Shown: in pieces, positions 37,309-43,090 of the stretch
How positions within the stretch are numbered: the first letter of the stretch is position 1
Layout of the letters: every line of letters starts with the position of its first letter
From: Jimgerdemannia flammicorona
Lineage: Eukaryota
NCBI GenBank assembly: GCA_003990765.1
Contig: RBNJ01000081.1
Coordinates: 1 to 43,090 of the forward strand
Length of the DNA stretch: 43,090 nt
Direction: 5' to 3'
Notes under the pieces: generated by a model
The model's input: only the letters and a program-made list of their open reading frames with translations
Database searches by the model: none
What the model was told of the DNA's origin: nothing
Translations under genes and position numbers: made by a program

Positions 37309-39373
37309 ATGGAAAGTGGCAAATATACAGATATGTATACTAGGTCGGATAGACCTCAGGTCTTCAACTGGCAGCAGGTGGAGAGGGGTTATGGCCTGGG
37401 GATGGGGGCCTTTGAAGGGCCAAAGAGTGGAGAAGGCTCTGGAGGAGGACTGGTATCTGGTGGCAATGGGGAAAGATTAGATATCCTGAGCTTTGCAGAC
37501 AAGGTTAAGGAGTGTGGGTGGCTGGCTGGGTCTAGGGCTGGTGCTGCTGAGGGGAAGGGCAAGGTGAGCCTTGGGAGGGAGGGAGGTGCTCTGGCTGGGA
37601 GTGCAGGTGTAGGGGCAGGAGGGGCTGTAGCTGGGGGTGTGATTGCTGATGAGAGTGTGATAGGGATTCAGGAAAAAAAAAGAGATGTAACAGCTGATGG
37701 CCAGGTGGGGCAGGGGTTCCTGATGTAGAAGGGGGACCTGGCAGATAGTGTAATAGGGCTGGCAGTGACTCTGTTGCTCAAGAAGTCAATCTCAGAGTTC
37801 ACAATAACCTTGTACTTCCAGGGCTTAGTGGTGATAGCAAGGATAGTTCTGGGGCTTGTTTCGAAGCAGGTGGCTGGGGTGGCCTCAGTGAAGTTCTTGA
37901 AGGGTCTGGAGGGGGTTGAGGTGGGCTTTGAGGAGGCAGGCCCACTAGATGAGGCACTGAAGACTGGGGTCATGGTTGGGGAGGTGGTGGTTCCCATGGT
38001 GTGGTGCTTGCGATGGGACCCCAGGGTGGTGCAGCTTCTGGTAAAGAGCGTGCCCATAGTGACTAAGGAGGAGACTAGGAAGAGGGTGGAGGAGGTGATG
38101 ATTGAGTATGGTGATGTAGTGGACATTGGCTTTCAGGTGTGGGAGGGGACAATAATCAGGACAGGTGATATTGATGTCAGGATTCAGCTGGCAGGCAAGG
38201 AGGCCATGGGGAAGGCAAGTGACTGGCCTTCTGTACTGATGTAGGGGCATTCATCTGTAAGGTATCAAGGGTGAAGAGGAGTGAGGAGGAGGAGGAGGAC
38301 TTATTGGAGGCGCTGGAGGAGATGAGTGGAGCTATGGAGAGGAGGGCAAGGGCCTGGAAGATGTATGAGAAGTCGACACATCTGGAGGTAGTGGAGGGGA
38401 AGCGTATCCACATGGACAAGGGGCAGTGGGAGTGGGTGCAGGGGCGTAGGAGGCAGAGGGAGCTACTGGCAAGTATGATAGTGGAGGTGAAGAAGAAGGC
38501 AGTTGGGGCTAAGATATCTGGAGGTGTTGAAGCCAGTGTCTGGACTAGTAAAGAGGTAGGGGAGGTGGAGGTGGGCAAGGAAGGAGATGGGAAGGTGCTG
38601 AGCAAGAACCCATTTACCGATGGCACCTTTGAGGTCTGGGAGCCAGAATTGGACTCCACCCTCCCCCCTCTAATCAGGAGAGGCCTGGCTGCAAAGAGAA
38701 GGACAACAGAGGATGTACTGATGTAGGGGGTCCAGTGAGTGCATTTTGGGGTCCCTGATGTAGTGAAAGGGGGTCAGGTGGTGGCGGTGGGTGAGGATGA
38801 GCTGGTGGATGTCCTGGAGGAGGAGTGGAATAAGGCTGCCAGTGTGGGTATTGACACCATGATGTTGGATGTGGGACAGCCAGGGACTCCAGGAGGGAAG
38901 GAGGTGGAAAACTTGCTGTAGATGAGCAAGGTGATAGATAACCTTGCAGCTGAACATTGAGAGAAGTGGATCTGTGGGTTATGCCTGAGGAGTATTGGGA
39001 GTAGATTCTGTATGGTGATAGAGTAGTAGAGGCACTGCAGGGGGAGATTCTTGCAATTCTCTTAAAGGAGGAGGGATATGAGGTCGATGAGGTGAGGAAG
39101 GCAGAGCTGGTAGTGGTTATGAGTGAGCAGGCAATCTACTGTTGGGCTGAGTATCATGGGCTATAGCTCTGGAGGGAGGTATGTCTGAAGTATCGAGAGG
39201 AATTTGAGGAGAGAGAGGATGAGGCAATAGTAGAACTTCTGGGAGGGTTGGAGGCATGGGAAGCTGGGGAAAGGGAACTAGCTGCTGAACATGAATTGGA
39301 CTTAGTGCAGGAGGAGCTAAATGTGGACTTGTAGAGGATGGGATTACTCTCTAACATTATTCCTTATGAATAG
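37309..39373 (+). pseudogene. LINE ORF1 (RRM-like nucleic-acid-binding protein), disrupted
   Basis: VVQLLVKSVP...VMIEYGDVVDIGFQVWEGTIIRTGDIDVRIQL resembles L1/Tx1 ORF1 RRMs. The acidic helical C-terminus ends in TATGAATAG, overlapping the ORF2 ATG. Confidence 0.65.
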
Positions 39374-42300
39374 TATAACTAACATTTTCTCTTTAAATAT
39401 GAATGGATTGAGGGGATCTGGATGGCATACAAACATTTTTACTTAGCTCAAGGGATTGGAGGCTGATCTCTTTTTACTACAGGATGTTAGGTGTGAGGAT
39501 GAGGATGATCGGGTGAAGTGGACTAAGGAATGGGGTGGGGCTACTGCTTGATTTGGAAAAGTAGTGATTCTGGTGAGGAAGGGTAGAGGTGACTTGAAGG
39601 GAATTAGGAGCTGGGGTGACCACTTGGTCTGGGGAGATTGGCAGCAGCCAGGGTGGGAGTCAGTGAGGGTTAGCTCTTGCTACTGCTCTGCAGTTAGGAG
39701 TGAGAGGATTACATGGATTGAGGAGCTGCTGGAGGAGGGTGTTCTCTTGGCAGAAGGGGTCGATGTGCTTAGAGGGGACTTTAATATGGTTCGGGATTGG
39801 CATCTGGACTGCACTGATGGTGGGGGGGGTACAGGAGAGAGAAGTGGAGGCCTGGATGCATGGGAGGAGGTGGAGAGGCTGAGCTTCTTAGGAGATATAG
39901 GTAGAATACAATGGGGCGACTCCAGGGTCTACATGTATTGAGTGAATGGCTTAGGTATAAGAATTGACTGGATTCTGATGGTGGATTGCTGGGGGTCTGA
40001 TGTCTGGAAGATACTGGAGGTGGAATGGTACCTATGGTTAGATCACTGGGAACTGTTGAGACAGGGGTAGTTTGGGGGGAGTGGAGATGGACCTGGACAT
40101 TGGCACCTCAACTCCTCTCTGCTGGCTGAGAAGGGGTTGTGGGATTTGTAGGTAGAAGACATTCAGGCAAAAGTTTCTCACTGGAGGTATGAGGGTTTGT
40201 CAGTGGGTGTCCATTGGATAAGATTGAAAGAGACTGCAAGGGTCTATTGGGGAGAGGCTGAGAGAGAAGCTGGGAGATGGAGGAGGAAGCGCATGGTATG
40301 CTTCCAGCAGGCTAAGGAGATTGCAAATAGATTGGGTAGGTTTGCTTACTTCTAATGGGGTGGAGGATTGGCAGTTAGCACGGATTAAATTGGAGATATT
40401 GGAACTGCAACAGATGCTGAGAGACGAGGAGGAGGTGCATATGTGAGGTATGGCTGCTAGGCTATAGTGGCAGGGGCTTGAGGAGAGTGAGTGGCCTACT
40501 AGATATTTATCCTGTCTGCTCAATGCTAGGAGGGTGAGACATCAGTGGAATGGAGTCCTAGATGCTGATGGGGACATAGTACATAGCATACAACAAATCT
40601 TAGGGGTTTTGAAAGAGAGATGGCAGAGTTTGTAGAGTGAGAATGAAGGGGATGCTGAGGAGGTGGCTATTGAAGATACATTAGGAGAATGGAGGCCACT
40701 GCAAGTGGCTAGACTGGATGACTTGGCCTTGCCAGTGTGAGGTGAGGAGGTCCAGAGTGTCCTTGCAGCAACTAAAACTGGAACAGTACCAGGGGAGGAT
40801 GGACTACCATGGGACTTCTGGAAGAAGATGGTTAAGGTCTCCAGCATTTTGGGGGAGATGACTGCTCTCTGTAATCTGTTCTTCAGAGCAGTGAGTGGAT
40901 TGGAGAGCAGGACCTCAGGCTGGTGGCTTTATTGTACAAAGACAAGGGGAGGAGAGAAGACTAGAAGAACTGGCGACTGATCATGCTTTTGGACATAGAC
41001 AGGAAGATGGTGACTAAGGTAATTGTTGCAAGGCTGCAGAAGGTTGCCCAGCAGGTGCTGGGGGAGGAGTAGCAGGGCTTTGTTGGGGGCAGACTTATAA
41101 GAGATGAGACTGTTTGGGTACATGGTGTCATTGAAGGAGCCCAGGCTTGTGGTCTGGATGGAAGGTTGGTCTTTTTGGACCAGGAGAAGGCCTATGACTG
41201 GGTCTGGCAGGTTTGGCTGAGCAAGGTATTGGATCATATTGGTGTTCCTTCAGGATTTCAGGCTTCTATAGTAAATCTGCTTGAGGGCAATTGGGTGGTG
41301 CTGATGTGTAATGGTCACTGTGGTCTGGCATTTACCTTAAGAAGAGGGGTTCCTTAGGGGGACCCCTTGTCCCCTATTCTTTATGCTCTCTCATTAGAAC
41401 CATTAATGGATAGGATTCACCAGAAGGTGGTAGGGCTCTCTATCTATAGCATAGTGTGGAGGGTGGGAGCCTTTGTAGATAATATAGTAGTTGGCCTTGG
41501 GTCTGTGGTAGATGTTGAGATACTTAAGAAGGTGGTGGAATGGTGTGAGGATCACTCTGGGGTGAAGCTCAACTGGCATAAGTGTGAGACTATAGTGCTA
41601 GGGAATGGGCTGGTGGGTGGAAATATCATTGGAACAATTGTCCCTACTGGTGAGGTGGTACAGTATCTGAGCATCTTCCTCTCTGTATATGGTTCTGTCT
41701 TGTTATGAGTGTGGTGAGAGAGCAGAGTGACTATTTGGGGGGAGGCCCTTCAAGGTTGGGGAGGCCACCATATCTCTTTAGCAGGGTGGGTATCAATTCT
41801 GAATACATACTGGTTCTCCAAGCTGTGGTATGTGGCATACTATCTAGACTTCCCAGCTTGGGTGGTGAAGAGGCTGACAAAGGTAGCTAGAGATTGGATT
41901 TGGATAGAGGAGGTCCCAGATCAGTTGGGATACTCTTGTGACATTGGTAGACAGAGGAGGTCTTGGCCTTGTGGATTTCCCTAAGAGGTTGCACTGCTTG
42001 CAAGCCTGGTGGTTGAAGAGAGCAGCTGAACTACAGGGAGGGGGTTGGGTACTTCTGATGCAGAAGGTGTGAGAGATGAGAACCTCCCCCTGAGGGTCCT
42101 CAGGGGATCTTCTCTCTTTGATAGGGCTCAATAGAATTTGGTGGCTATGATTTAAGGGCTTTTGGTGGGAAGTGGTCAATGGAGTACACAGAATTAGTCT
42201 GTACTGGCAAGGCAATGAGGGGGAGATGTTGTGGGGTCCTCATATATGGCAATGGGATAGACTGCTACTGGGAGGTGCTCCACTTACTGCTTTTGATATT

Positions 42301-43020
42301 GGGGATAGAGTGGAGTATCAGCAGAGTCTTGGCTGGGACCTTTGGCCAAGCGGTTGGCAGGTAGTTGGGATTGGCGAGGAGTGGGACTGGGCAGGTATCT
42401 GGTCTTGGAGTGCTGAGGTGTGGTGGTGGCTTCTTCTCAAGTTCTGGGTGGTGTGGTGGTGAATGCTGTGGAGGAATGTCATGCTGAATTTCTGCACTGG
42501 GCATCTGATGGATGGTGGCTGTTTTGATTGTGAGGAGTGTTACAATATAGGGCAAGCTGGGAGTTTTGTGCAGATGCTGGAATATTGACTAGGAGAGTGT
42601 GAGGTTTTGGGGGATTTTTGGATTGAAATAGGGAATAGACTGGGTGTGGAGCACAGGCCAGCAGGTGAAGGAGATCACTGGGAGGACTTGAGATCTCAGC
42701 TGATGGGGGGGGTGGGGGATAGTTGGCTCACTGTTAGGTGGGTGTTAGTAGTTTGGGTGAGATTGGCAAGATATTAGCTATTTGTGTTTGAGGAGAGGCA
42801 GCAGATGGAACTGTAAGAGAAGGTTTTAAGATGGGAGGAGCTGTTGGGGGATCTGATGACTGGATGGTAGATAGGTTGGAGTCCTTCAGAGGGGTGGCGG
42901 TGAGGTTTGGTGACAAGGATATATAAACAGAGTGGTGGGAGGATGGGGATTGTATTCAATAGAGTGGTGTTTCATCGAGAAGGAGTAGGGGGGAGGGGCC
43001 CCCCTAGGGGGATTGGATAG
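39366..43020 (+). pseudogene. LINE ORF2 (APE endonuclease plus reverse transcriptase), disrupted
   Basis: APE motifs SLNMNGL, DLFLLQD, GDFN, RID and LDH. RT motifs PGEDGLP, KNWRLIMLL, FLDQEKAYD, GVP*GDPLSP and AFVDN. Also SLAGWVSILN, GLGLVD and a C-terminal CxxC. Confidence 0.9.
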
Positions 43021-43090
43021 GGAATGGGTTCACTGTACTTATATAGGATAGATGGGTGTAATAAAAGAAGAGTCTAAGTAATTATAAAAA

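Larger units (their letters stand above)
37265..43090 (+). mobile_element. Near full-length, inactivated L1/Tx1-type non-LTR retrotransposon
   Basis: ORF1 and ORF2 (APE-RT-Cys), 3' UTR with AATAAA, and the start of poly(A) at the window end. Confidence 0.9.

Noticed and set aside
37300-38960. Antisense ORF1 or twin-priming 5' inversion of the LINE, suggested by minus-strand ORFs and a knuckle-like Cys pattern
   Set aside because: The plus strand encodes a convincing RRM-like ORF1, and the G-rich skew is continuous with ORF2. The minus-strand ORFs are shadows.
40580-40585. Other TACATA/TATGTA hexamers (e.g. here, 1479, 1702, 31242) as excision scars
   Set aside because: No associated frameshift, and the hexamer occurs by chance in AT-rich DNA. 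Only frame- or paralogue-supported cases were counted.

Overview
This is eukaryotic fungal genomic DNA; an early-diverging, Mucoromycota-like host is inferred from the gene set, short GT-AG introns and TE content. A compact, CpG-rich island (~5.0-25.7 kb) holds nine genes: a POS5-like NAD(H) kinase, an intronless SFC1-like mitochondrial carrier, COQ10, LEU5, ARP6, PFA4, a secreted S8 subtilisin, ATP3 and OPA3. Eight of these form four tight head-to-head pairs, and six are mitochondrial. The island is flanked by CpG-depleted, C>T/G>A-hypermutated transposon remnants. These include a complete Ty3/Gypsy chromovirus (26189-32240) with a dUTPase fused between Gag and protease, a near full-length L1/Tx1-type LINE with an older tandem fragment, a LINE 3' fragment, two MITEs and two decayed ORFs of unknown family. 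Most notable: (1) at least five +1 frameshifts in the dead elements fall on TATGTA/TACATA, the classic Tc1/mariner excision footprint; (2) the Gag-dUTPase-Pol chromovirus; (3) RIP-like, mostly non-CpG transitions between the two LTRs; (4) an 897-nt stop-free, in-frame intron in PFA4. Gene models were read by eye, so exon boundaries are approximate.
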